This document shows positions 30,537-41,091 of a DNA stretch of 64,000 bases, piece after piece. The stretch is from Phycisphaerae bacterium (GTDB lineage: Bacteria; Planctomycetota; Phycisphaerae; UBA1845): the NCBI GenBank assembly GCA_963667855.2, contig CAXXKI010000019.1:127411-191410 (forward strand), read 5' to 3'. Below the pieces are notes generated by a model that did not search any database, was not told the DNA's origin, and worked only from the letters and a program-made list of their open reading frames with translations. The first letter of the stretch is position 1. Each line of letters begins with the position of its first letter. The position numbers and the translations under genes were made by a program.

Positions 30537-30571
30537 ATTCCTCGCGTCTTTTGCGAGGAGTGGGGGATGGA
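30537..30571. repeat. REP-like hairpin repeat, family C
   Basis: ATTCCTCGCGTCTTTTGCGAGGAGTGGGGGATGGA; inverted copy at 59724-59758 (31/35 identical). Confidence 0.75.
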
Positions 30572-30642
30572 TAGGTCTGGAATAACCGTCGTACCTGCGA
30601 ACCGCCGACAGGATAGAGAACGCGATATGCGTTTTTGGCATT

Positions 30643-30870
30643 TCAGTAATTACGCTTATACCATTTAACGTCTTCACAGAATATTCGGGCGTCAAAGATT
30701 TTACGGAAATACTTGTTTCCAAATGTCGCTACCGGGTAACCTTCCTGAGTCAGCAAATAAACTTCCCGGCCGCGAGGAGGTCGATAGACCGAGTGAAAAT
30801 CATCCCAGGAAATTACCCGCTTGAAGCCATCCTGATCGGCAATTGTGATGCCAATGGACGAAAGAGTCAC
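30643..30870 (-). CDS. small hypothetical protein
   Basis: GGAG RBS and GTG start just after the upstream gene. Confidence 0.4.
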   Translation of the reverse strand: MTLSSIGITIADQDGFKRVISWDDFHSVYRPPRGREVYLLTQEGYPVATFGNKYFRKIFDARIFCEDVKWYKRNY

Positions 30871-30883
30871 GACTTCTCCGGTT

Positions 30884-31714
30884 TTAGCGGTTATTGTTTT
30901 TTTTAACGCACTGTCTTTCTATATGATCATTTATGATTTGCTGCTCCTCGCCTGAAATAGCCAGGAACAGTATCCTGTTTGCCTTGTCCCAACCTTCCTT
31001 TTGATGCCTATTATATTTAAGGGTTATACGGCTCAGGTTTTCGACTGCGGCTTTATCTGTGAATTCAATATTAAATAAGCGTTTTCGCGAAAGAAGGGAC
31101 TTCACAATTGAGACCTTTTTTATGCTATCGACAGGGATTTTCTTTATAACCGGATCGGCGATCTCATCCACGCCAATAGAAACCAAAACGTTTTCCTCGC
31201 GAATAATCAGGTAACCTTTTTCATGCAGTAATATCAACTCGTTGTCAGGATTAATCAATTCAAAATCGAACTCCCGGCCACACTCGCTGCACCTTGGCAG
31301 GGTAAGCCCCTTCAAGTCGTACCCACACATACGACAAAGAACAATACCTTCACCGAGCAATTGCCCCCGTAGATTAGAGCGGATTTTATTCAAAAACAGT
31401 ATTGGCAAAAAACCACCTAGAATTCCCAGGCTTGCTCCGGAAACAAGCTGAACATACATATCCGGCCAATTGACATATCGATAAATAACCGTCCTTATCC
31501 CAACACTCATTATCGTTAAGGTTCCTAAATATATAATTATTCGAACAAGCACACCCCCGGGAACCACTTGCACATATGCTAGATCAAGGGCATTTTCACG
31601 CCCTTTTTCTGATAAGATCTTCAACTCAGGGATACTGGCTTTCAAATACCGACCAGCAACCCACAGGCCGAACATAAACGCGGCTAAATGATAGAGATTT
31701 ACAAAAGCCAACAT
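30884..31714 (-). CDS. hypothetical membrane protein with internal zinc ribbon
   Basis: TM helices then CRMCGYDLKGLTLPRCSECG; AT-rich. Confidence 0.7.
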   Translation of the reverse strand: MLAFVNLYHLAAFMFGLWVAGRYLKASIPELKILSEKGRENALDLAYVQVVPGGVLVRIIIYLGTLTIMSVGIRTVIYRYVNWPDMYVQLVSGASLGILGGFLPILFLNKIRSNLRGQLLGEGIVLCRMCGYDLKGLTLPRCSECGREFDFELINPDNELILLHEKGYLIIREENVLVSIGVDEIADPVIKKIPVDSIKKVSIVKSLLSRKRLFNIEFTDKAAVENLSRITLKYNRHQKEGWDKANRILFLAISGEEQQIINDHIERQCVKKNNNR

Positions 31715-31794
31715 CAGATGATAAATCCAACTGCATAATTTATGAGTTAATCAATACTAACAATAGCGAACTTTTCCGTTGCAATATTATAAAA

Positions 31795-31833
31795 ATCAAC
31801 CTCGTTTCATTTGCGAAATGAAACGAGGTTGAT
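31795..31833 (-). terminator. rho-independent terminator of ftcD
   Basis: Perfect 18-bp stem ATCAACCTCGTTTCATTT / AAATGAAACGAGGTTGAT with a T-tract. Confidence 0.8.
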
Positions 31834-31860
31834 AATCATAAAGAAATCGGAGGCTAATTG

Positions 31861-33546
31861 CTACAGTTTGCTTTCAACTATTGCCAGTATTTCTTTTTCC
31901 AGGGCTATGGCTTTTTCCTGGATTTCCTTGCCTTTGGCTATTACGTCATCGACGTATTTCTTGTCGTCAAGTCCTGCGGTGTTGATCTTTACGTTCAGGT
32001 AGGCTCCCATGACGGCCGAGCGGGCGCAGATGGCTCCAACTCCGGCGTCGGATACTGAATTGGGATTCCCTATTTCGGCCATCGCCTTGATCACTTCCAT
32101 GGACTCCAGCGATTTCTGCATTACCCTGAAGGGGATTTCTATGGCGTGCTTTGTGGCGTCTGTTATAGCCTGTTTGCGTGCTTTTTTCTCTTCGTCCGTG
32201 CCTTTGGGCAAGCCGAAGGCGGCCATTATCTCGTTGAAGGCGTCGGTATCCTCGTCGATCAGGCGGAGCAGTTCCTCGTGGTAGGCTTTACCCTTAACCG
32301 CCCAGTCGGAGAATTCCTCCCACCTTTCGTCCCAGCCTCTTTTATGGGAGGAAAGGTTGGCCACCATGGTGGCCAGTGCGGCACCCATGGAGCCCATGGC
32401 CGCGGAGATCGAACCGCCGCCCGGCGCGGGAGATTCCGACGCGGTTTCCTCGACGAAATCGGTCAGGGTCATATCGACCAGTTTTTTGCCGGCTTTGTCG
32501 GCCAGCACGTACTCGATGATCTTCTCTTCCGGTTTGAACTCGTAGAGATCGTCGAGGCCCATGGATTTGACCGCGATCTTGATAATTTCCTTATCAGAGA
32601 TTCCCACGGAGCGCTGCTGTTTGCGAAGGAAGTACTTGCCGGCTTCCAGCATGGCATTGAGCGGAATGAGTCCGACCAGTTCCGAGCCGGTAACCCGCAC
32701 ACCTCTTTCTTCCGCTTTTTTACAGACCTCGTCGAAAGCGATGTGTACGGGGGTAACGCTGATATTGGTCAGGTTGATGGAGACCTGAGCGATACCGAAC
32801 TCCTCGATGAACCAGCCGATTCCTTTAACGCACTTTAGCGTACCGGGTATCCATTCCGGGTTACCATCGGCGTCTAGTACAGGTTTACCGGAAGGGCTTC
32901 CGTCATCGGTTCTTACCCTACCCTTTTCCCGCACGTCAAAGGCGATGGCGTTAGCCCGGCGGGTGGAGGTGGTATTGAGGTTGACGTTGTAAGCGATCAG
33001 GAAATCGCGAGCACTGACAGCGGTTGCGCCGGATTTGGGATTGAAGGCAGCCGGTCCGAAGTCGGGTTTCCATTCCGGTTTTGCCAACTTGTCTTTCAGG
33101 CCCTCGTATTCGCCGGCGCGGACGGTGGCCAGGTTGCGACGTTTTTCCTCGCGGGCAGCGTTTTCGTAGCAGTAGACGGTTATTCCAACCTCGTCGCCGA
33201 GTCTTTTAGCCAGCTTGTGGGCATACTCAACCGTCTCTTCCATGGTGATATTGGAGATGGGAACCAACGGGCAGACGTCGGTAGCTCCGAAGCGGGGATG
33301 CTCGCCGGTGTGCTTGCTCATATCGATGAGTTCGGCAGCTTTGCTTACGGCGAGGACGGCCGCATCGAGTACAGCATCGGGCGTGCCAACGAAGGTGACC
33401 ACGGTGCGGTTGGTAGCCGCCCCGGGGTCGACGTCGAGAAGGCGAACCCCATCGACCGATTCGATCTGGTCGGTGATCTGCTTGATTATGGTAAGGTCAC
33501 GGCCTTCGCTGAAGTTGGGTACGCACTCGATGAGTTGTTGTTTCAT
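31861..33546 (-). CDS. ftcD: glutamate formimidoyltransferase / formiminotetrahydrofolate cyclodeaminase (fused)
   Basis: ECVPNFSEGR, GEHPRFGATDVCP, GSELVGL, PAPGGGS, NPNSVSDAGVG. Confidence 0.95.
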   Translation of the reverse strand: MKQQLIECVPNFSEGRDLTIIKQITDQIESVDGVRLLDVDPGAATNRTVVTFVGTPDAVLDAAVLAVSKAAELIDMSKHTGEHPRFGATDVCPLVPISNITMEETVEYAHKLAKRLGDEVGITVYCYENAAREEKRRNLATVRAGEYEGLKDKLAKPEWKPDFGPAAFNPKSGATAVSARDFLIAYNVNLNTTSTRRANAIAFDVREKGRVRTDDGSPSGKPVLDADGNPEWIPGTLKCVKGIGWFIEEFGIAQVSINLTNISVTPVHIAFDEVCKKAEERGVRVTGSELVGLIPLNAMLEAGKYFLRKQQRSVGISDKEIIKIAVKSMGLDDLYEFKPEEKIIEYVLADKAGKKLVDMTLTDFVEETASESPAPGGGSISAAMGSMGAALATMVANLSSHKRGWDERWEEFSDWAVKGKAYHEELLRLIDEDTDAFNEIMAAFGLPKGTDEEKKARKQAITDATKHAIEIPFRVMQKSLESMEVIKAMAEIGNPNSVSDAGVGAICARSAVMGAYLNVKINTAGLDDKKYVDDVIAKGKEIQEKAIALEKEILAIVESKL

Positions 33547-33753
33547 TTTCTTATATCCTTCGCAAACGGTGGCAGTTGTTCGTGTTAACGATTCATATAT
33601 GCAGGTTGACGATTCGAAATTCGGTTCATCCTTATTAGCGAACCTTGATCATCTGTTTCATTTCGTCGGTTATCGAATTCGATACAATCCGCGGCGTTTA
33701 TGTCGGCCGTCCGCCTTCGGCGGAGCGGGCTATTTGGGTAAGGTCATGCTTTC

Positions 33754-33813
33754 TTTCCGCCGGTTTCACCGGCGGCTACCTTACACCGTCCGCTTTTAGC
33801 GGACTCGGTTTTG
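33754..33813. repeat. REP-like double-hairpin repeat, family B
   Basis: TTTCCGCCGGTTTCACCGGCGGCTAC...CCGTCCGC TTTTA GCGGACTCGGTTTTG; homologous to 6384-6453. Confidence 0.7.
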
Positions 33814-33875
33814 TTTTTCAAAGTCCGTCGTGTTTTTTACAGCATATGTTCACGACTATTACAACCGTTGTCGTC

Positions 33876-33942
33876 GTAGGTCGGGGCAACAGACCCAACG
33901 TATGTACATATGCGTTCCGTCGGGTCTGTTGCCCCGACCTAC
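33876..33942. repeat. REP doublet (REPIN-like), family A
   Basis: GTAGGTCGGGGCAACAGACCC...GGGTCTGTTGCCCCGACCTAC, 21-bp perfect inverted arms. Confidence 0.85.
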
Positions 33943-34005
33943 TTGCCTACATGTCTCAGCGCGGTCCGGATGGCTTGTCCGTCAACCGTCACTTTGTAAT
34001 TGTAG

Positions 34006-35301
34006 TCAGTTAGCCCAATTGCGCCATTTTCCAGCTACGCAGGTATGGGTGATACATGACCGATCGGCCCCGAGAACGAAGGCGGCGAGTAACGATTCGC
34101 GTGTCGCTCCGAGGAGGGATAGTCCCTGAGTATCCACGGCGATAAAGTCTGCCAGGGAGTTTGGGGCGATTTTCCCGCCGGGAATGCCCAGGGAAGCCGC
34201 CCCGCCGGTAGTGGCGTAGCTCCAGAGCGCGTGGGCACTGCGGCCATACTCGTCTACGCAGACACCGCGAATCTCCAGCTTAGCCCGTTGCAAATATTCC
34301 AGCAGACGCATCTGCTCGTTCATGCTGATTCTGGTATTGGATTCGGTCCCCAGGCACATTTTAGCCCGGAGCTTCACCAGTGAGGGGACATCCGGGACAC
34401 CATCGCCCAGGTTACAGCCGGTGGTCGGACAGATACACACGTGGGCACCGGTTTCACTTATAGCGTGCAGATTCTCGGCCGACGTGTGGGTGCAGTGAAT
34501 GAGAGTAACATTCTCACCAAGGACATTGTGTTTCAGAAGGATCTCAACTGGAGTGGCTTTAAGCTTGTTGCGGCACTCTTCAATTTCCTGCCTTTGCTCT
34601 TCGGCGTGAATATGGAGAACGAGGTTGTTGGCACGGGCGTAGTCGGCCAGCTCAACGATTTCTTCCGGAGTGGCACCGCGAATACTGTGAACGGCAATTC
34701 CAATCTTCTGCAGTCCGGTTGCCCGCTTGCGCAAGGCATCAACATGCTTGCAGAAGTGCTCGACGTTTGGCGAGCCGAACCTGGCCTGCACGCCTGATAA
34801 GGGTTCCTGAATTCCACCGTGAGCGTAATAGGCACAGAGAAGCACCACACGGATTCCGGCAGCTGCGGCCGCCTCCAGGACGAGATCATCGAAGGAATAC
34901 CCACTCTTACCGCGATCATGGTGAAAATAGTGAAACTCGCCAACCGTGGTAATTCCCTGTTGAAGCATTTCCTCGAAGGCGATGCGGCAGAGGTTTTTGA
35001 ATTCTTCCGCACCGAGGCATTTTACCAACTCGTACATCGCTTCCCGCCAGGTCCAGAAGTTTCCGGGGCTGGGGAACTCTTCTCCGAAGCCGCGCAAACC
35101 TCGCTGGAAGGCGTGGCTGTGGGCGTTGATCATCCCGGGTAGAAGCGCACTGCCCTCAAGTCTTAAAGTGGGTTGGATCTCCAGGTATCCAACTTGGGTA
35201 ACCAGCCCATTAGAACCGATGACTACCTGAACATTGGGTTCAAAAGCCCCGTCTACCCAGGTAAGGTCTGCTTCAACGATTGTTTCGCGTTCCATGATCA
35301 C
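34006..35301 (-). CDS. hutF: formimidoylglutamate deiminase-like amidohydrolase
   Basis: NAHSHAFQRGLRG, FWTWRE, VGEFHY, HSIR, HIHAEEQ, HCTH, NLGDG. Confidence 0.85.
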   Translation of the reverse strand: MIMERETIVEADLTWVDGAFEPNVQVVIGSNGLVTQVGYLEIQPTLRLEGSALLPGMINAHSHAFQRGLRGFGEEFPSPGNFWTWREAMYELVKCLGAEEFKNLCRIAFEEMLQQGITTVGEFHYFHHDRGKSGYSFDDLVLEAAAAAGIRVVLLCAYYAHGGIQEPLSGVQARFGSPNVEHFCKHVDALRKRATGLQKIGIAVHSIRGATPEEIVELADYARANNLVLHIHAEEQRQEIEECRNKLKATPVEILLKHNVLGENVTLIHCTHTSAENLHAISETGAHVCICPTTGCNLGDGVPDVPSLVKLRAKMCLGTESNTRISMNEQMRLLEYLQRAKLEIRGVCVDEYGRSAHALWSYATTGGAASLGIPGGKIAPNSLADFIAVDTQGLSLLGATRESLLAAFVLGADRSCITHTCVAGKWRNWAN

Positions 35302-35307
35302 TTTTTC

Positions 35308-36483
35308 TCAGCAGCAATCGGCTTTCATGCACCAGTCGGTTACGAATTCAGACAGAACATCGCAGGCTTTATTGTACTGGCTCTTGAGCAGGTACTCATT
35401 GGGTTTGTGAGCAACCTCTATCGAGCCGGGTCCGTAGAGTACACTTTGTATTCCCAGTTGTGCAAAAGGTCCAGCGTCACTTGCATAGTGTACGGCCAGT
35501 TCCTCCGTTTGGCCAATATGGCCGCACAACCGCCGGTTGATTTCCGAGTCGGCGTCGGTCAAAAGCGGCGGGCTGTCGGCGTTCACAGTGAGGGTAAGTT
35601 CGTTTTCGGCCAGTTTAAGCTCTGCAAGCCGCCGATTAATGCGATCTATATATGTTCTGGAACTTTCTCCGGGCAAAACTCGCAAGCCCAGGTCAAGTGA
35701 GCAGTAATCGGGAATAATATTAATGGCCTTTCCCCCGGCGACGATCGCCGGGTTTAATACGGCGTGCGGTGTTTCGGCGAAAAACCGACTGTATTCGGTT
35801 CGTTCGGATTCGATCTCCTTGCGCAAGTCGATAATCGCCTGGATAACCATCCCGAGTTTTTCCACGGCGTTGGACCCCAGCTTTGGATAACCACTATGGC
35901 CAGATTTACCATGAACATGAATGCTCAGTCGCGTATGCCCCTTGTGCATGCGCACGACTTTCAGGTTTGTGGGTTCGCCAATAATGGCCGAAGTGGGCAT
36001 GGGCCAGCGATTGTCCCAGTCGCGGACGAATTCCTGGGCGCCTACCGTTCCGATTTCCTCATTGCAGGTGAAAATACCAACCAGGGGTACGCACATTTTA
36101 TCGGCGTCGACAGCGGCCATTATTCCCGCTGCTATTGAAACGAAACCTTTCATATCCGCGGCGCCGCGTGCCGTGTACCGATCATCGGTTTCGATCAATT
36201 CAAAGGGATCGCTTTTCCAATCGGGTTCTGCCGCGGGTACAACATCGAGGTGTCCGGAGAGGATCAGCCCGCCTTCGCAATACGGACCCTTGCGAGCAAC
36301 CAGATTGACTTTTTGCCCATTGTCGGCAGGGAAGCGTTCAATGGAACATCCACGCCCAACAAGGTAATCGGCCAAATGGTCGGCCGCGGGAATGTTACTG
36401 TTGCAGCTGGTAGTATCAAACGCTACCAGGTCACGGAAAAGGCGGATCATTGCCTCTTTAGTTTTATCGCTCAATGCAGGCAT
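35308..36483 (-). CDS. argE: acetylornithine deacetylase family (M20) hydrolase
   Basis: LSGHLDVVP, RGAADMKG, NEEIG, GEPT...HKG, GPGSIEVAHKPNE. Confidence 0.85.
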   Translation of the reverse strand: MPALSDKTKEAMIRLFRDLVAFDTTSCNSNIPAADHLADYLVGRGCSIERFPADNGQKVNLVARKGPYCEGGLILSGHLDVVPAAEPDWKSDPFELIETDDRYTARGAADMKGFVSIAAGIMAAVDADKMCVPLVGIFTCNEEIGTVGAQEFVRDWDNRWPMPTSAIIGEPTNLKVVRMHKGHTRLSIHVHGKSGHSGYPKLGSNAVEKLGMVIQAIIDLRKEIESERTEYSRFFAETPHAVLNPAIVAGGKAINIIPDYCSLDLGLRVLPGESSRTYIDRINRRLAELKLAENELTLTVNADSPPLLTDADSEINRRLCGHIGQTEELAVHYASDAGPFAQLGIQSVLYGPGSIEVAHKPNEYLLKSQYNKACDVLSEFVTDWCMKADCC

Positions 36484-36743
36484 GAAGCGAGGATAACAGA
36501 TCGTCCGGCAGGCAGGCAAGAGAAACAGCGCACTGATCAAGTAATTTCCGCGGTTTTCAGCGCCCCGCCGGGCCGATACTCCGCGTCGGCAACCGTACAC
36601 AGGAAATCAACCAACCTTGAAAAGTTGCGAATTCGCCAAGTAAAAAACCGCCTTTCCCCCGTAACGAGAAAAGGCGAACGCAATTGCGCCCGCCTTCTCC
36701 ATCACGAAGATATATCGTAAACCGGCATCAACCGGGGACTGAA

Positions 36744-38666
36744 CTACTTGTCGTCCTTAACTTCGAATTCCGCGTCAATGACACCGTCATCCTTCTTTTC
36801 ATCGCCGGGATCGCCACCGGGAGCTCCGCCGGCAGATGCCTGTCCGGCCGCAGCCTGCTGCTGCTTGGCCATCTCCTCGTAAACGATCTTGCCAATAGTC
36901 TGGGCGGCTTCCATGAGAGCGTCAACCGCCTTGTTTATCGCAGCAGCGTCGTCACCCTTGGCGGTTTCACGCACGTGAGAAACAGCCTGTTCGATTTTCC
37001 CAATCTCGTCCGCGGGAACCTTGTCGCCGTGCTCCTTGACCTGCTTTTCGGTTTCGTAAGCAACATGCTCGGCTTTGTTACGCGCGTCGATGAGCTCTTT
37101 CTTCTTCAGGTCGTCGGCAGCATGCTCCTTGGCATCCTGCTTCATCTTTTCGATCTCTTCATTGGTTAAACCAGAAGAACCTTCAATCTTGATCGACTGC
37201 TCCTTGCCGGTAGCCTTATCCTTGGCGCTTACGGAAATAATCCCATTGGCGTCAATGTCAAAAGTAACCTCGATCTGCGGCAGACCTCGCGGAGCCGGGG
37301 CAATACCGCCTAGATTGAAATTACCCAATGACCTGTTATCCGAAGCCATCTGCCGGTTACCCTGAAGCACGTGAATGGTGACCTCGGTCTGGTTATCCGC
37401 GGCCGTCGAGTACACTTCACTCTTGGAAGTGGGTATAGTGGTGTTGGCCTCGATCATCGGAGTCATTACCCCGCCGAGAGTCTCCACGCCCAGGGTGAGC
37501 GGGGTGACATCCAGAAGAACAATATCATCCTTGTCGCCGGCCAGAATGGAACCCTGGATAGCGGCTCCCATGCCCACAACCTCGTCCGGGTTAATGCTCT
37601 TGTTGGGCTCTTTCCCAAAGATCTCCTTGACCAGCGTCTGCACTGCGGGGATACGAGTCGAACCCCCCACCAGGACCACTTCGTCAACCTCTGAAGCGGA
37701 AAGCTTGGATCCCTTCAGCGCTTCCATGACCGGACCACGGCAACGCTCCACTAACTGCCGGGTCAACTGGTCGAATTTGGTCCGGGTGATGGACATCTGC
37801 AAATGCTTGGGACCGTTCTGATCCGCGGTGATAAACGGCAGGTTAATCGACGTTTCCATGGTAGTGGAAAGCTCACATTTCGCTTTTTCACAAGCTTCCT
37901 TGAGCCGCTGCAGAGCCATTGGGTCTTTACGCAGATCCACGCCCTCGGTCTTGCGGAATTCCTCGGCGATATAATCGATCAGTTCCTCATCAAAATCGTC
38001 ACCACCAAGATGCCCGTCACCGTTAGAGCTGAGTACCTCGTAAACATTGTCGCCAATATCCAGAAGCGAGATGTCGAAGGTACCACCACCAAGATCGAAA
38101 ACAGCCACCTTGCCGGATTTATTTGAACCAAGCCCGTACGCCAAAGCGGCGGCCGTCGGCTCGTTGATGATTCGCTCGACCTTCAAACCGGCGATTTCAC
38201 CGGCATCTTTGGTCGCTTTACGCTGAGAATCGTTGAAATACGCGGGAACGGTGATGACCGCACGCTCAACCTTGGCACCGAGATAGTCTTCAGCGGTCTT
38301 TTTCAGATCCTGCAGGATCATCGCGCTGATCTCAGGCGGAGTGTATTCCTTATCTCGAATATCAACCTTAACCAGTTCGTCAGGTCCGCCGGAAACCTTA
38401 TAGGGAACAATCTTTTCTTCGCTGCTTACTTCGTTGTGACGACGCCCCATAAAGCGTTTGATCGAAAAAACGGTGTTAGTTGGGTTGGTAACCTGCTGAT
38501 GCCGGGCAACCTGCCCGACCAGCCGCTCTCCCTTGTCGGTAAACGCCACAACCGAAGGCGTGGTTCGTGCCCCTTGAGCGTTAGTAAGAACCTTAGGCTG
38601 ATCGCCTTCCATTACGGCCACTACTGAATTGGTAGTCCCGAGATCGATTCCGATGATTTTGGACAT
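36744..38666 (-). CDS. dnaK: chaperone DnaK (Hsp70)
   Basis: [33 protein letters not shown], acidic tail DAEFEV. Confidence 0.98.
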   Translation of the reverse strand: MSKIIGIDLGTTNSVVAVMEGDQPKVLTNAQGARTTPSVVAFTDKGERLVGQVARHQQVTNPTNTVFSIKRFMGRRHNEVSSEEKIVPYKVSGGPDELVKVDIRDKEYTPPEISAMILQDLKKTAEDYLGAKVERAVITVPAYFNDSQRKATKDAGEIAGLKVERIINEPTAAALAYGLGSNKSGKVAVFDLGGGTFDISLLDIGDNVYEVLSSNGDGHLGGDDFDEELIDYIAEEFRKTEGVDLRKDPMALQRLKEACEKAKCELSTTMETSINLPFITADQNGPKHLQMSITRTKFDQLTRQLVERCRGPVMEALKGSKLSASEVDEVVLVGGSTRIPAVQTLVKEIFGKEPNKSINPDEVVGMGAAIQGSILAGDKDDIVLLDVTPLTLGVETLGGVMTPMIEANTTIPTSKSEVYSTAADNQTEVTIHVLQGNRQMASDNRSLGNFNLGGIAPAPRGLPQIEVTFDIDANGIISVSAKDKATGKEQSIKIEGSSGLTNEEIEKMKQDAKEHAADDLKKKELIDARNKAEHVAYETEKQVKEHGDKVPADEIGKIEQAVSHVRETAKGDDAAAINKAVDALMEAAQTIGKIVYEEMAKQQQAAAGQASAGGAPGGDPGDEKKDDGVIDAEFEVKDDK

Positions 38667-38764
38667 TTGTGTCTCTCCTTTGCTGTCAGATCACCGGGAC
38701 GGCCTGCTCAGCCGTCACACTTCCGGCCGATTGCACAAACGTAATTCGTCCCACATAGCCGATA

Positions 38765-38780
38765 TGCAAAGTAGAGACCA
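38765..38780 (-). promoter_or_regulatory. possible sigma-54 (-24/-12) promoter of dnaK
   Basis: Minus strand TGGTCTCTACTTTGCA: GG-N10-GC spacing with TTGCA at -12, about 100 nt upstream of the start. Confidence 0.35.
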
Positions 38781-38973
38781 ATGACATCAAAAAGAGAGAT
38801 TTTTATAATCGGTTTATTGACAAACACTTATAGAAATGCGCCAAATCAACAACCACAGGACACTGCCATCATGACAGGTATCGAGTCTGCGGTTTTGGCA
38901 CCCAGATGAACTTTCGTTTGAAGTATCCCTGAATTTATCTTTGCACTCTGACTGCGGGGAGTAAACTCGAATA

Positions 38974-39450
38974 ATGGACACTGAACCGTACTCCACCGAA
39001 TACGCCAGCGGTTATCCAACCGTAACGCAATTATCCATCTTCTTTGAAAACAGGCTGGGAGAGCTGCTTCGCCTCACCAGGCTCTTCGACAACACCGAAA
39101 TCCATATTCTGGCATTGTCCGTGGTCAACTCGGTCGACTGCGCCATCATTCGCATGATCGTAAACGACCCGGACGCCGCTTTCGACCTGCTCCGGCAATC
39201 CGGCTTTGCCGCCACCCAGACCGAAATCCTCGTGGTTTCTCTACCACAGGGGAAACGGGCCTTACTGCATACCTGGGTCGCTTTTCTGAACGCAGAAATA
39301 AGCGTGGCGTACGCCTACGCTCTTTTGTCCCAGCCTTACGGACGCTCGGCGATCGCCGTGCAAGCCGATCAACTGGAACAGGCCGCCGAAGCTCTCATCG
39401 AACGCGGATTTACCGTACTCGATCAGACCGATCTGGCCGGTGAATGCTGA
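38974..39450 (+). CDS. tandem ACT domain protein
   Basis: QLSIFFENRLGEL...IHILALSV...AIIRMIV; second ACT repeat with YAY. Confidence 0.85.
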   Translation: MDTEPYSTEYASGYPTVTQLSIFFENRLGELLRLTRLFDNTEIHILALSVVNSVDCAIIRMIVNDPDAAFDLLRQSGFAATQTEILVVSLPQGKRALLHTWVAFLNAEISVAYAYALLSQPYGRSAIAVQADQLEQAAEALIERGFTVLDQTDLAGEC

Positions 39451-39454
39451 CCTC

Positions 39455-39631
39455 AAAAAGGGGACATCACTGATATTCAGTTTACCCCTGCTCACTCGTT
39501 TTCGTATATTTTTACTCGATCAACAATACCCTTTTATGTATCGATATTGCCAACCAATGTTTTCGAGATCATTAAGTGAATATATCATCGCCAATGATAA
39601 TAACGGCAAAACACCATAATCAGTGATGTCC
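39455..39631. repeat. inverted-repeat pair, family D (AAAAGGGGACATCACTGAT), right arm interrupted by IS4
   Basis: 39456-39474 is complementary to the reconstructed ATCAGTGATGTCC(39619-39631)+CCTTTT(41101-41106); related copy at 16588-16607. Confidence 0.75.
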
Positions 39632-41091
39632 CAATAGTGTTCGGCACGGCAATTGCGTATTGAAGAATGGTGATGAAAATAATGCTTTATAATGAAGGTT
39701 AAAGGCATTATCGGGAATGGAAGGAAAAAATCTGCGCAGCATCAAGGGGCGGCTGGTTATAGATAAACCGCAGCTTAGGGTTGTGGTTTGAGTTTTTCGA
39801 TATGAGCAAGCAGTTCCTCTTCGTCAGCCAAGCCGCTCATGTAATAACAAAGCATTTCGTAGGTGCGAAGGGTCGGTTTCCGCCCCGTCCACAGAGTGAT
39901 CAGTAGAGATGCTATAATCGCCACGTAAGTTTGGATTTCGATGCCGTTCTGGCAGTGACTCAGCAAATGTCGGCACCCCAGAATATGTTTAAAAAAACGG
40001 AAGAATGTTTCGATGGCCCAGCGATGCTTGTAAATCAAGGCTATTACTTCCGGATCTACGTCCATGATGTCGGTGGCTACAAGAAGCACTTCGCCTTGAT
40101 CAGGGCCACCTCTGGCGTTTTTCTTAACCTTGTGGCGAGGTTCGCTGGCGATCTCTACTAATCGCAGAGGTCTGTTCATTCCGGTTTTGCCTGCCTGCTC
40201 TCCGGTAAATCGGATCGTCATGTCCCGTCGAATCTCACCAGGTTTGGCGTTGGGAGATGAGGCTCGTTCTTCCAGAACATCGAACACGCTGTTGTCGCGT
40301 ACGCGGCAAACGAACGAGGAATTCGCCTTAAGAATATCGGCAAAGAGCTCAAACTTGGCGTATCCCCGATCCAGAACGTAAACCCGATCGGGCGACAGGT
40401 TCGCCTGCAATACGCTTCTTTCGTTACCGTCGCCGTCAGTTAAGTCCATATGAGTTGGTACGCCTTTAAGCAATTCAAAATGCGTGTGCAACTTTATGCC
40501 GTGCATCCCTTTGGCATTACTCCACATCGCCTGCACAAGCTTTGGGAGAGCAGACAGGACCGTACCGTCCACCAATGTAATAATACCGCGAATGTCTTCC
40601 AATTCCCTGTTGCCCTTGAGAGTTGGCAGCTTGTCGACCAGTTCTCCGATAATTCCGCGAAGCAACTCGGCATCAAACACCCTCGCTGCTTCTGAGAGCG
40701 AACCGAGTGAAGTTCGAGGACAACCAAGGATTCTTTGTACTTTCTTCAATTCTCCAGCCTGTTGGATACCCCGCAAACTTGTGACTATAGGGTTAAAGAA
40801 ATACAGAAGAATCAAGGCCGTGTACTGGTCGTAATGGAGCTTCCGGTTACCGGCGATATCCCGGGCACAAGCGGCATCGTGAAGCTTGTCCAGCACTGGC
40901 AAAAGCAGCTTGAAATGCTTGAACCCTTGCAGATCCTGCTCTTGAATTTTCGGTTTTTTCTTCCCAGCCATACATGAACAGTATGAACCAAAGCCGCGCA
41001 ATGCGCAAGTAAAATGTGGCGCGACATGTAAAGCTATGCGCGACACGTGGTTATAGAAATCTACAAGCAATTGCCGTGCCGAACACTATTG
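39632..41091 (-). mobile_element. IS4 family insertion sequence (1460 bp)
   Basis: 25-bp perfect IRs CAATAGTGTTCGGCACGGCAATTGC / GCAATTGCCGTGCCGAACACTATTG; 9-bp TSD GTGATGTCC at 39623-39631 and 41092-41100. Confidence 0.95.
39775..40971 (-). CDS. IS4 family transposase
   Basis: VDGT, KLH, LDRGY, YKHRWAIETFFRFFK (YREK motif). Confidence 0.95.
   Translation of the reverse strand: MAGKKKPKIQEQDLQGFKHFKLLLPVLDKLHDAACARDIAGNRKLHYDQYTALILLYFFNPIVTSLRGIQQAGELKKVQRILGCPRTSLGSLSEAARVFDAELLRGIIGELVDKLPTLKGNRELEDIRGIITLVDGTVLSALPKLVQAMWSNAKGMHGIKLHTHFELLKGVPTHMDLTDGDGNERSVLQANLSPDRVYVLDRGYAKFELFADILKANSSFVCRVRDNSVFDVLEERASSPNAKPGEIRRDMTIRFTGEQAGKTGMNRPLRLVEIASEPRHKVKKNARGGPDQGEVLLVATDIMDVDPEVIALIYKHRWAIETFFRFFKHILGCRHLLSHCQNGIEIQTYVAIIASLLITLWTGRKPTLRTYEMLCYYMSGLADEEELLAHIEKLKPQP

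Noticed and set aside
38940-38967. CIRCE element upstream of dnaK (TTGCACTC...GAGTAAA)
   Set aside because: Spacer is 10 nt rather than 9 and the right arm deviates from GAGTGCTAA
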